A stretch of 64,000 nucleotides of DNA from an uncultured Nitrospiraceae bacterium (GCA_947085205.1 CAMTVO010000010.1:40983-104982), one strand, 5' to 3'; shown: positions 19,310-29,176, counted from the stretch's first letter. Made by a program: numbers and translations. The notes: generated by a model not told the origin, from the letters alone.

Positions 19310-21042
19310 TGGCGTTTAAGAGACCAACAGGCAAAAGCTTTGAAGAGCTGCTCATAGAAAGAGGTCTCCTGACAAAGGAGAAACTACAGGAGTTTCTCAC
19401 AAAGATAACAAAGGAGAAAAAGAGCCTCGAACAGCTCCTTCTTGAATCCGGATTTTCGGAGGAGAAGATATCCTCCATTAAGGCGGAATACCTCGGCTAC
19501 GAATTCGTAGATCTATCCTCCTATCCCCAGCCGTCAATGGATTTATTGAAGCACATCAAGCCTGCCTATGCAAAAAACTATAAGGTGTTGCCTGTGAAAT
19601 TCGAAGATGAAGCCCTGACCATCGCAATGGTAGAGCCAAGGGATTTTATGGCTCTGGACGAGGTTATCCGTCTTTACAGGGATTCAAAGTTCAGGATAAA
19701 AGATTCTAAAGTAGTAATGACCACAACAAAACACCTCTTTTCGGCCATCGAAAAATTTTATGCCATCCCGAAGGAGGAGATGGGTCTCGGAAGCATACTA
19801 TCACAGGTTGCAGAGACATACAGGGCCGAGATAGAAGTGGCAGAGGTTGCAAGAGAGGATGCCACAGAAAACAGCGCTCCGATTGTCATGCTCGCAAATA
19901 AGATAGTGGAAGAGGCATTCCGGAAAAGGACAAGCGACATACATCTTGAACCGGCAATAGACCATCTCCGCGTCAGATACCGCGTAGACGGTGAACTGGC
20001 GGAAGTAATGCGCGTGCCGAGATATGCGCAGGATGCCCTTATTACCAGATTTAAAATCATGTCAGACATGAGGATAGACGAAAGACGACAGCCTCAGGAC
20101 GGCAGGATAGACTTTACAAAATACAGTCCCGCAGTCGAGATAGACCTCCGTGTCTCTACGGTTCCGACGCCTCATGGAGAGGACATTGTGATGAGGATAC
20201 TTGACAAGAAGAGCTCTATCCTCTCGCTCGATATGTTGGGATTCAATGAACATAATATGAAGTTGTATAAGGAAGCAATAGCTTCACCATATGGCATCCT
20301 TCTCCATGTCGGACCTACAGGAAGCGGAAAGACAACCGGCCTTTACGCTGCCTTGAAATCCATGGACACCCCTGATGTCAAGATAGTCACAGCAGAAGAC
20401 CCTGTGGAATATACCCTTGGAGGACAGATTATACAGAGCAATATCAATCCGCCTGCCGGTTATACCTTTGCAAAGGCAATAAGGGCATTTATGAGGCACG
20501 ACCCTGATATTATCCTCATAGGTGAAATCAGAGACCTCGAGACAGCAAAGACAGCAGTTGAGGCATCACTTACAGGACATCTTGTTTTTTCAACACTTCA
20601 TACAAACGATGCCATTGGAACAGTAACGAGGCTTACAGAGATGGGAATAGAGCCTTACCTCGTTGCAGACTCCCTACTTTTAGTCTGCGCCCAGAGGCTT
20701 ATGAGGAGGATATGCAAAAAGTGCAAGGAGTCCTACATCGTTACAGACGAAGAGGTGGAGATGTCCAAAGGCGATATCAAGCCCGGAACTACGCTCTATA
20801 GGGGCAAGGGCTGCGATGCCTGCGAAGGTACAGGCTATAAAGGACGTACAGGAGTTTATGAGATACTTGCAATGAACAAAAAGCTAAGGAGCCTTTTGAT
20901 AAAAGGGGCTTCCACAGAGGAATTGAGGAAAACGGCCATCGAGACAGGAATGCTGACATTAAGGCAGGATGCAATAGAAAAGGCATTGACAGGCGTCAGC
21001 ACCATAGAAGAAGTCGTTTCTACCACACTGGCAGAAGGATAA
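19309..21042 (+). CDS. PilB/GspE-family secretion/pilus ATPase
   Basis: SDIHLEP, PQDGR, GPTGSGKT, EDPVEY, DPDIILIGEIRD, STLHTND, CxxC...CxxC. Confidence 0.93.
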   Translation: MAFKRPTGKSFEELLIERGLLTKEKLQEFLTKITKEKKSLEQLLLESGFSEEKISSIKAEYLGYEFVDLSSYPQPSMDLLKHIKPAYAKNYKVLPVKFEDEALTIAMVEPRDFMALDEVIRLYRDSKFRIKDSKVVMTTTKHLFSAIEKFYAIPKEEMGLGSILSQVAETYRAEIEVAEVAREDATENSAPIVMLANKIVEEAFRKRTSDIHLEPAIDHLRVRYRVDGELAEVMRVPRYAQDALITRFKIMSDMRIDERRQPQDGRIDFTKYSPAVEIDLRVSTVPTPHGEDIVMRILDKKSSILSLDMLGFNEHNMKLYKEAIASPYGILLHVGPTGSGKTTGLYAALKSMDTPDVKIVTAEDPVEYTLGGQIIQSNINPPAGYTFAKAIRAFMRHDPDIILIGEIRDLETAKTAVEASLTGHLVFSTLHTNDAIGTVTRLTEMGIEPYLVADSLLLVCAQRLMRRICKKCKESYIVTDEEVEMSKGDIKPGTTLYRGKGCDACEGTGYKGRTGVYEILAMNKKLRSLLIKGASTEELRKTAIETGMLTLRQDAIEKALTGVSTIEEVVSTTLAEG

Positions 21043-21103
21043 GCGTTATAGCGTAAAACGATATAACACCGTAACGCAACGCTATAAATGCTATAACGAT
21101 GAT

Positions 21104-23059
21104 ATGAAGAAAAAAACAGGCATCTTCATAGGATTATCCATTACTATCTTTGTCGCTGTATTAATGCTCCTCAAACTATCCCCTCTCGAAACCTTTGAAG
21201 AAAAGCTCTACGATTATAGATTCAAAATCAGAGGCACAATCAAACCGCCGGATACCGTCGTAATTGCCGCCATAGATGAAAAGAGCATAGAAAGGCTCGG
21301 CAGATGGCCGTGGAGCAGGGACAAGATAGCGAGGCTTGTAGAAAAGTTAAATGAGGCGGGAGCAGAGATAATAGTCTTTGATGTGATTTTCAGCGAGAGC
21401 GAAAGAAACGACGCCATGCTCGGCAAAGCTATTAAGGATGCGGGGAATGTGATACTGCCGATAGCCTTTGACTTCGAAAAAGAATCAGCGATACAAGACA
21501 AGGAATTCCTCCTCCGCGCATCATTTTACTCGGTCAGCAATCATGAGATGTTTGATAAATATAATCCTATTACGGCAAAGAGCATACTAATGCCTGTTTC
21601 AGAACTTATCAGGGAGGCGATAACCTTAGGACATATCAATATGTTCCCTGACAGCGACGGCACTCTGAGGTGGGAATCTCTCGTAATAGCATATAACGGC
21701 TATCTTTATCCTTCAATTACGCTTAATGCTGCAGCCTCTTATCTCGGCATTCCTCATGAAAAGGTTGTTTTGAAAGCAACAGAAGGGGTATATGCCGGGA
21801 AAAGGTATATACCTACAGACAGATGGGGCAGAACGCTTATAAACTATTACGGCTCTAATCAGACTTTCAAACATATATCCATATCGGATATTTTAGAGGG
21901 CAAGGTTAATCCAGACGAACTTCAGGGCAGGATAATACTCATCGGCGCAACTGCAATCGGCATCTATGATTTGAGGGTCACTCCGTTTTCTCCTGCTATG
22001 CCCGGAGTCGAAAAGCACGCAAGCGTCATATCGTCCATAATGGAAAACAGATTGCTGAGATGCGTTCCACTGCATACAAATCTGATTATTATCCTGTTGT
22101 CAGGAATTTTGTTCTCCTTTCTTATTGCGAGATTTAAGGCATTGGGCGCAGCTTTCGTCACAGGAATATTTCTTTCGGTTATATTTTCTACAGGCTATTA
22201 CCTGTTTGCACAAAAAGGTTTGTGGATAAACATCACGTATCCGTCCATCAACATCCTTCTCATATTCATAAGCGTTACTGCTTACAACTATGCGGTTGAG
22301 GAGAGGTATGCAAGGAGAATAAGGGCGATGTTTTCAAGTTATGTAACAGAGAAGATTGTGAATGAATTGATCAGAAACCCTGATATGGCAAAACTTGGAG
22401 GCGAAAGGAGAGAAATTACAATTCTTTTTTCCGATATAAAGGATTTTACATCATTCGCGGAAAAACACTCCCCTGAAGAGGTTGTTTCAATACTTAATGA
22501 ATATCTCGGCGAAATGACAGATATAGTCTTTAAATGGGAAGGCACTTTGGATAAATTCATCGGCGACGCCATTTTAGCCTTCTGGGGCGCGCCAATGAAA
22601 CAGGAGAACCATGCAGAGCTTGCTGTCAAATGTGCATTACACATGGTGAGAAGACTCGAAGAGCTCCAGCAGAAGTGGCAGTCCGAAGGCAAGCCTGTTC
22701 TGGATTGCGGAATAGGCATAAACACAGGAGAGGTGCTCGTGGGAAACATCGGCGCAGAAGGCAAAAAAATGGAATACACTGTAATCGGAGACCATGTAAA
22801 TCTTGGCTCAAGGGTAGAAGGTCTCACAAGGAAGTATAATGTGCATATCCTGATAACAGAATTTACTATGAACAGGATAAAGGATTTAATCTCATCAGGC
22901 AAGCTATGGCGCACTGAAGTCACAGGGCTCGAAAGGGTGGTTGTTAAAGGAAAGGAAACACCCGTCTCTATATACGAACTCAAATCCGCAGAATACGGCG
23001 TTGAGTCAAAGATTACAGAGGTTGCAGAAGAAAAGGTCGTCACAATGAAGGAAAAATAA
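21104..23059 (+). CDS. CHASE2-domain class III adenylate cyclase
   Basis: IDEKS..GRWPWSR CHASE2; 3 TM helices; FSDIKDFT, DKFIGD, YTVIGDHVNLGSR. Confidence 0.93.
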   Translation: MKKKTGIFIGLSITIFVAVLMLLKLSPLETFEEKLYDYRFKIRGTIKPPDTVVIAAIDEKSIERLGRWPWSRDKIARLVEKLNEAGAEIIVFDVIFSESERNDAMLGKAIKDAGNVILPIAFDFEKESAIQDKEFLLRASFYSVSNHEMFDKYNPITAKSILMPVSELIREAITLGHINMFPDSDGTLRWESLVIAYNGYLYPSITLNAAASYLGIPHEKVVLKATEGVYAGKRYIPTDRWGRTLINYYGSNQTFKHISISDILEGKVNPDELQGRIILIGATAIGIYDLRVTPFSPAMPGVEKHASVISSIMENRLLRCVPLHTNLIIILLSGILFSFLIARFKALGAAFVTGIFLSVIFSTGYYLFAQKGLWINITYPSINILLIFISVTAYNYAVEERYARRIRAMFSSYVTEKIVNELIRNPDMAKLGGERREITILFSDIKDFTSFAEKHSPEEVVSILNEYLGEMTDIVFKWEGTLDKFIGDAILAFWGAPMKQENHAELAVKCALHMVRRLEELQQKWQSEGKPVLDCGIGINTGEVLVGNIGAEGKKMEYTVIGDHVNLGSRVEGLTRKYNVHILITEFTMNRIKDLISSGKLWRTEVTGLERVVVKGKETPVSIYELKSAEYGVESKITEVAEEKVVTMKEK

Positions 23060-23082
23060 AAATCGGTCAGTCTTAAAACTAA

Positions 23083-23114
23083 TGCGGGAGCAGGTTTGCA
23101 AACCTGCTCCCGCA
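23083..23114. terminator. Hairpin between convergent cyclase and FecR genes
   Basis: TGCGGGAGCAGGTTT-GC-AAACCTGCTCCCGCA. Confidence 0.75.
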
Positions 23115-23120
23115 GGATAA

Positions 23121-24944
23121 TCACGGCAGTATAAATCCGGACTTCATTTCTCCTATTGCCTTGGCATCCAATGTGCCTGATGTGCTTCCTGTCATCTTGC
23201 CTAACATTACACCTCCGGCGTCTGTGGCAGTGGTAGATCTGATATTTGCGCCGACTATGGCAGTAGTGCTGTCAATAGATTTTATGCCCCCCTCAACTTT
23301 CATACCAAAGGTTGTGTCAATGGATGTAGAGCCGCTAATAGTCCCGTTGATACCCTGCAGATTTGTGATGTTTCCCGATGAAACGCTCCAGTTCCCCTTG
23401 ACATTGACATCAAAAAATCCGCTTCCAGGAGTCAGTTCAATGCCTTTACCTGCCAATCCTGATGTAATAGTTACATTGCCTACGGATGTGCCGCTTGCAT
23501 TCTCGAGGGTTAATGATTGCTCTGTATTAAAATTTATATCAAAGGTTCTGAGAGCTGTTTCTGTAATTGGCACAAAGAAATCTGGCTTTGCACCTGGAAG
23601 GGTCGGGATTATCTTATCAAAAACCTCCCAGAAAGGTCTTGAGCCGTCCCAGAAGAGTCCGTCAGCTTTTGTAGAGAATGTACCGCTCTGACCTGCCCGT
23701 GATCCATAGTCATTATTATAGAAGATGGTTGTGTAACTGCCTGAAAGCCCACCTATATACCAGTACTTCTTTGAGCCGTCCTCTATCCAGCCTATATTCC
23801 CGCCAGACCAGAGTTTATCTGGATGCACAAGACTGGAGTTATTAGGGTCACGAAGGATATCGCCGACACTGGCGCCATAAAACGGCTTTCCATCTGCGCT
23901 TCCTGAATAAAACATATAAAACCAGTCATCGGTAGCCGCATATGGTGAAGGGTCTACAGACCTTCCGGCAACCCATGCATAAGAGCCGCTCATATCCAAT
24001 TTATAATACCCACCTTCAAGGATTGTCTGATTAAATGTGCCTGATATTGAGCCGCTCTGAATAACTGCTGCAGTTCCCTCGTTAGTACCAGAAGTTGCAA
24101 ACCAGTGTATCTCTCCATCCAGTATGCTGGCTGAGGCATCGAATACCTTGTTTAATGAAATATCCTTAATGTTAGGGAGATCCTTCGGAGGCAGTGGTTG
24201 TAATGCTATCTCAGGCGGCTTTGGTGGTGCTGCAGGTGGTGGCGGAGGCGCCTCTGGAGCTTCAGCCCTTCCTGGCGGCGCCGGCGTTACCTGTTTTTCC
24301 TGCTGCTGGTATTCCCTCTCACTGTAAGGTCTTTCTACAGGCGCCCTTCCATAAAATACCTCGCCAACCTCACCTTTAGAAACTATTACACTGCCGAGTG
24401 GATTCTTAAACTCTATTACGCCATCCTTCACATACACCCTCTCTACACCATCTGTATAGATTATCCCCTCTGTGCCTCTAACACCGGCAACTGCTGTCTT
24501 TGTCTTCATCTCAAATTTGCTTCCTTCAGCAGGATAAACAGGCTTTGGAATTTGAAACCCCGTCCTTCCCCTGTAAATTTTTAAAGATGCTGCCCTCTTT
24601 TCATCTTCTGGTTTGTAAAGATATTCATCTATTCCGAGCCTTGATTTTGGGCCAACTGACATAACACTCTGGTCAATAAATGTTATCTCTGCCTTGCCGT
24701 CGCTCTTTGTCCTTAAAACATCTCCTACGTTAACAGCATCTCCAACCTTCACAGCTACAGCAGCAGCCCCTGCCCTCAGTATATCCACCCTGCCCTCAAC
24801 CTTTGTTATCTTGCCAGCAAGTTGTGCCTCGGCACTACCAGTGAATAGTGAACAGTGAATAGCGAATAGTAAAAAAAGGCAATAGGCAATGGGCAATAGG
24901 CGATAGGCTTTATTAAGTAGTTCTTTACTTTGTATCCTTACCAT
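23121..24944 (-). CDS. Exported FecR-domain protein with Pro-rich linker and Gly/Ser/Thr-rich beta-strand C-terminal region
   Basis: Signal peptide ending AEA; GDVLRT, TKTAVAGVRGT FecR motifs; PAPPG...PPPPPAAPPKPP linker. Confidence 0.8.
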   Translation of the reverse strand: MVRIQSKELLNKAYRLLPIAYCLFLLFAIHCSLFTGSAEAQLAGKITKVEGRVDILRAGAAAVAVKVGDAVNVGDVLRTKSDGKAEITFIDQSVMSVGPKSRLGIDEYLYKPEDEKRAASLKIYRGRTGFQIPKPVYPAEGSKFEMKTKTAVAGVRGTEGIIYTDGVERVYVKDGVIEFKNPLGSVIVSKGEVGEVFYGRAPVERPYSEREYQQQEKQVTPAPPGRAEAPEAPPPPPAAPPKPPEIALQPLPPKDLPNIKDISLNKVFDASASILDGEIHWFATSGTNEGTAAVIQSGSISGTFNQTILEGGYYKLDMSGSYAWVAGRSVDPSPYAATDDWFYMFYSGSADGKPFYGASVGDILRDPNNSSLVHPDKLWSGGNIGWIEDGSKKYWYIGGLSGSYTTIFYNNDYGSRAGQSGTFSTKADGLFWDGSRPFWEVFDKIIPTLPGAKPDFFVPITETALRTFDINFNTEQSLTLENASGTSVGNVTITSGLAGKGIELTPGSGFFDVNVKGNWSVSSGNITNLQGINGTISGSTSIDTTFGMKVEGGIKSIDSTTAIVGANIRSTTATDAGGVMLGKMTGSTSGTLDAKAIGEMKSGFILP

Positions 24945-24956
24945 GTCATGCCTCCT

Positions 24957-26516
24957 TTAAAACCTATACTCAAGGCTTACTGTATAAAGGTTTTTCTTAA
25001 ATTCATAGACAGCTATATTGGAAAGGGTCTTCATATATGTATAACCTACGCTTATATCCAGCGGCTCCATGATGTTATAGGTTAAGGATGTCTGAACAGT
25101 GTAGTTATCGTCCTTTCTTGTATTCCTTGGAATGTTTTTGTAAATAGAATGTACATTAGAGTAGTTTTGTCTGTATGCCTCTGCAAAGATGTTTGCCTTA
25201 AGCTTGTTATCTATAAACGGATATAAAAGTCCGGCAGATACCTTCATTCCCGTATAATCCCAGTTGGGGCCGTCAGCGTCATTGATGTCTCCCTCCAGTC
25301 TTACATTAAACAAGCCATTGCCCTTTTTAAATGTATAGATATAGCCGACACCTAAGGCAAAATAACTTGCATCCCTGTCCTCTGCCTTGCTGAGATACGC
25401 TCCAAATTTCCTTCTATTGTATTCAAAATTAAACTCGTCCTTCCTGTATTTAAGGAAGACTTGCCCCAGATTATTGCCTTTGATAATAAACGTATAGGAG
25501 GGACTTACAGTGAATGACTGCTTATACTTTATGTAGTCGACTTCAAGATAATTATAAGAAAGCAAGAGGCTTGTCACACTGGTTTCTGTATTATAAGAGG
25601 GCATTATAGAGAATGTATGACTTACTGTGTCCTGGCTGAAAATCTTCTCCCCTCCATTTTTTTTAGGATAATCTTTCTCAAAGTGCTGCGTAATATTAAG
25701 AGCATAGGATGCCCTTATGTTCCATGGCCCTTTTTCATAAACAGTATATTCTCCAAGCAAAGAATATATCCTTTTCCAGTCTTCCTGCTTTGTTATGTCA
25801 ACGAGGGACTCATCTATGGGATTGGCTAAGACATTGTCGTCATACTGAAGACCAACACCTAAGATGAGTCTGTAAGGAGGAGGCATCTTTTCTATTACAT
25901 CAAGATAGTCCTTTGAAAACAAAGCCCAATCGGATGTCGGGTCTACTGTCATTAATCCTTTAAATGCCTCCTTAGCCTTTTTAAACTCCTTTTCCTGAAT
26001 ATAAACAGTGGCAATCTGGAAATCAGCCTGCTGGGCCAATGAAGGGTCAAGCTCTTTTGCCTTTTTGAATGCCTCAACCGCCTCTGTATTCTTTTTCAGT
26101 TTAAGAAGTATCAGTCCCTTAAGGTAATTGGATTGTGCAATTCTGACGCCCTCTTTTATAGCAGCCTCAATAACACCTAATGCCTCTTCATAATTTCCCA
26201 TGCCCAAAAGCATTTCTGACAGGAGAATCTTCACCTCTGCTGCCTTTGGGTCAAGTCTGAGGGTCTCTTTGAAAAACTTCACAGCCTCGGGGTAATTCTG
26301 CATTTCACGGTGGGTAAGTCCGAGATACGATGTTATGCGAGGGTCATTTGGATTTTCTTTGTATGCCCTTTCAAAAAAGGTGAGTGCTTCCTCATAGTTT
26401 TCTGCCTTAAATTCTGCGATGCCTTTTTCAAACAAATCTTCGGCACCGAAAACTGTGTAAGGGCTTACAAAAAAGAAGACTGATGCAATAATAAAAACAA
26501 ACCTCCATTTTTTCAT
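24957..26516 (-). CDS. TPR-containing outer-membrane beta-barrel (Slam-like architecture)
   Basis: Signal peptide, several TPRs, YDDNV barrel start, alternating beta strands, C-terminal LEYRF. Confidence 0.8.
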   Translation of the reverse strand: MKKWRFVFIIASVFFFVSPYTVFGAEDLFEKGIAEFKAENYEEALTFFERAYKENPNDPRITSYLGLTHREMQNYPEAVKFFKETLRLDPKAAEVKILLSEMLLGMGNYEEALGVIEAAIKEGVRIAQSNYLKGLILLKLKKNTEAVEAFKKAKELDPSLAQQADFQIATVYIQEKEFKKAKEAFKGLMTVDPTSDWALFSKDYLDVIEKMPPPYRLILGVGLQYDDNVLANPIDESLVDITKQEDWKRIYSLLGEYTVYEKGPWNIRASYALNITQHFEKDYPKKNGGEKIFSQDTVSHTFSIMPSYNTETSVTSLLLSYNYLEVDYIKYKQSFTVSPSYTFIIKGNNLGQVFLKYRKDEFNFEYNRRKFGAYLSKAEDRDASYFALGVGYIYTFKKGNGLFNVRLEGDINDADGPNWDYTGMKVSAGLLYPFIDNKLKANIFAEAYRQNYSNVHSIYKNIPRNTRKDDNYTVQTSLTYNIMEPLDISVGYTYMKTLSNIAVYEFKKNLYTVSLEYRF

Positions 26517-26642
26517 GACTTTCCCCCCAGAAGCTGCTCTATAGAAGATTAGTTATCACATTATATTACAAGTTGCAACAAAAATATTTAAAGGCTAAAA
26601 TTTGGCTAATTCAATTGAGATTTGTGCTAAAATTTAACCGTC

Positions 26643-27734
26643 ATGACAGAACTAACAGAAAAGATAAAACAACTCAACACGTTGATAGAGTTGTCCGCCC
26701 TTATTAATTCATCCCTAGATATTGCAGAGATACGGAAAAGGGCAATAAAGGCTGCGACAGAGCTTGTTAATGCAGAGGCGGGCAGCCTGCTTTTCATTGA
26801 TGAAGAGACAGGCGAGCTTTATTTTGATGTGGCCATCGGAGAAAAGGGGGAAAAGGTCAAGACCATTCGTCTTAAAAAGGGACAGGGAATTGCAGGATGG
26901 GTCGCAGAGAATAATGAGCCGGTGATTATAAATGATGTTCAGAGTGATTCACGATTTTTTAAAGGCGCTGATGAAAAGAGCGACTATGTTACTAAAAATA
27001 TGATATGCGTTCCTATAAAGACAAAGAATAAGCTTATCGGGGCGCTTCAGGCTATAAATAAAAAGAATACAGCATTTAATAATGAGGATTTAGATATATT
27101 AACTGCCCTTTCCAATCAGGTTGCCATAGCAATAGAAAACGCACGGCTGTATGATGAACTGCGGGAGACATTCTACGCAACCGTTCATTCCCTTGCAGAG
27201 ACCATAGAAAAGAGGGACCCTTACACAAGCGGACATACAAAGAGGGTGATGAACTACAGCCTTGCCATCGGAAGGGTTAGGGGTCTGCCTAAAGAAGAGA
27301 TTGTCAACCTCAAGTTAGCTGCGATACTGCATGACATAGGCAAAATAGGCATAAGGGACAATGTCCTCTTGAAAAACGAAAAGTTGAACTCCGAAGAATT
27401 TAATACAATAATGATGCATACTGTATACGGGGCAGAGATACTTAATCATGTAAGGCAGTTAAAGGATATCGTCCCGGGAGTAAAACACCACCACGAAAAG
27501 CATGACGGCTCCGGTTATCCTGATGGCTTAAAAGGTGATGATATTCCAGTTATAGCGAGAATCATTGCTGTTACTGACACCTTTGATGCAATGACAACAG
27601 ACAGGCCTTATAGAAAAGGGTTGAGCTTTGACGCTGCCTTTGAGGAACTAAAAAAGAACGCAGGCTCTCAGTTTGATCCGGATGTGGTCAATGCATTCTT
27701 TAGGGCATATAAAGAGCTTGAAATTATAGTATAG
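26643..27734 (+). CDS. GAF + HD-GYP phosphodiesterase
   Basis: AINK...F...D GAF; DPYTSGH, HDIGK, HHEKHDGSGYP, RPYR. Confidence 0.93.
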   Translation: MTELTEKIKQLNTLIELSALINSSLDIAEIRKRAIKAATELVNAEAGSLLFIDEETGELYFDVAIGEKGEKVKTIRLKKGQGIAGWVAENNEPVIINDVQSDSRFFKGADEKSDYVTKNMICVPIKTKNKLIGALQAINKKNTAFNNEDLDILTALSNQVAIAIENARLYDELRETFYATVHSLAETIEKRDPYTSGHTKRVMNYSLAIGRVRGLPKEEIVNLKLAAILHDIGKIGIRDNVLLKNEKLNSEEFNTIMMHTVYGAEILNHVRQLKDIVPGVKHHHEKHDGSGYPDGLKGDDIPVIARIIAVTDTFDAMTTDRPYRKGLSFDAAFEELKKNAGSQFDPDVVNAFFRAYKELEIIV

Positions 27735-27749
27735 CTCCGGGGAGGGGAT

Positions 27750-28517
27750 ATGAAGATAAGGGTTCTTGGTTGCTCGGGTGCGGAATTCCCAGGGCATAAC
27801 CCGCCGGGTTTTCTATTGGACAATGAAATATTGTTTGATGCAGGAAGCCTGACTAATGTTCTTGATGAGAATGCCCAGCACAAGATAGGGAATATATTTA
27901 TCACGCATGCACATCTTGACCATATAAGAGGCATTTCTTTCCTTGCGGACAATATCATTGTTGCGAAAAGAAAGCAGAGAGTGAATATCATAAGTATTCC
28001 ATCAGTGCTTAACACGATAAAGAAAAATCTTCTGAACGACTCGCTCTGGCCGGATTTTACTATGATTCCCGATTATGAGAATGCCGTCCTGAGATATAGG
28101 GCGGTGAAGGCCGGAAGTTCGTTAAGAATCGGCGACTACAAGATTTCCCTCCATAAGGTCAATCATTCCGTTCCTGCGGTAGGGTATTTGGTAGAGGGCG
28201 GAAATAAAAAAAGATTCTTTTATACGGGCGATACCGGGCCTACCGGGTCTACGTGGGAAAAGATAGGCGACAGAAAACTGAACTGCCTGATAATCGAAAC
28301 GTCATTCCCGAATAAAATGCGGGATATGGCCGTATTGACCGGACACCTTACCCCGCAGTTGTTGAAAGAGGAAATTATGAAGATAAAACAGATGCCTGAA
28401 CATATATATATTACCCATCCGAAACCGCAGCACTTTAAGGTTATTAAGGCGGAACTCGAAAGGCTTAAGATCAAAAACCTCAAGCTATTGAAAGACGGCG
28501 ATATTATCAGGATATAA
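27750..28517 (+). CDS. Class II (metallo-beta-lactamase fold) cyclic-nucleotide phosphodiesterase
   Basis: RVLGCSG, THAHLDH, WPDF, VNHSVP, YTGDTG, GHLTP. Confidence 0.88.
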   Translation: MKIRVLGCSGAEFPGHNPPGFLLDNEILFDAGSLTNVLDENAQHKIGNIFITHAHLDHIRGISFLADNIIVAKRKQRVNIISIPSVLNTIKKNLLNDSLWPDFTMIPDYENAVLRYRAVKAGSSLRIGDYKISLHKVNHSVPAVGYLVEGGNKKRFFYTGDTGPTGSTWEKIGDRKLNCLIIETSFPNKMRDMAVLTGHLTPQLLKEEIMKIKQMPEHIYITHPKPQHFKVIKAELERLKIKNLKLLKDGDIIRI

Positions 28518-29172
28518 AGCCTGATTTTTTGAGCGCAGATAAGAGTTCGGAATCCTTTTCTTCTGCTGACTGCTGACCGCTGACTGCTGACTGCAGAAAT
28601 TTCGCCACATACTTTCCCAAAATATCGGGCTCAAGATTAACCGTATCTCCAATATTTTTAATCCCGATTGAGGTCACTTTTGCAGTATGGGGTATGATTA
28701 CAATGCTAAAGGCATCCTTCAAAACATCCACAACAGTAAGGCTAATGCCATCAACAGCAACAGAGCCTTTTCCGACAAGATATTTCAATACATTATCAGG
28801 TGCTTCAATCTCTATTTTCACGGCATTGCCGAGAGGCTTTTTTGACCTTATTCTGCCGACCCCTTCAACATGGCCTGTAACAAAGTGTCCGCCCATTTTT
28901 GAATTGGGCTTGAGGGACGGTTCGAGGTTAACCCTGTCACCCCTTTTCAGATTTCCAAGGTTTGTGCTTCTCAAGGTTTCGACTGAAACATCAAAGGATA
29001 GGCCATCTTTTTCGATATCTACAACCGTAAGGCAGACGCCGTTCACTGCAATGCTATCTCCGAGGGCGACATCCTTAACAATTTCATTCCCTTTTAAAGA
29101 CAGCTTTGCGCTCTCTGTCTTTTTCTCAAGAGAGATTATTTCGCCTAATTCTATGATTATGCCTGTAAACAT
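28507..29172 (-). CDS. ribE: Riboflavin synthase
   Basis: MFTGII, SIAVNGVCLTV, GGHFVTGH, KGSVAVDGISLTV. Confidence 0.96.
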   Translation of the reverse strand: MFTGIIIELGEIISLEKKTESAKLSLKGNEIVKDVALGDSIAVNGVCLTVVDIEKDGLSFDVSVETLRSTNLGNLKRGDRVNLEPSLKPNSKMGGHFVTGHVEGVGRIRSKKPLGNAVKIEIEAPDNVLKYLVGKGSVAVDGISLTVVDVLKDAFSIVIIPHTAKVTSIGIKNIGDTVNLEPDILGKYVAKFLQSAVSGQQSAEEKDSELLSALKKSGFIS

Positions 29173-29176
29173 AGCA

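Noticed and set aside
22339..23124. 261-aa minus-strand ORF
   Set aside because: Antisense shadow of the adenylate cyclase; no motifs. The same applies to other long shadows such as 28694-29674, 3637-4230 and 58174-58947.
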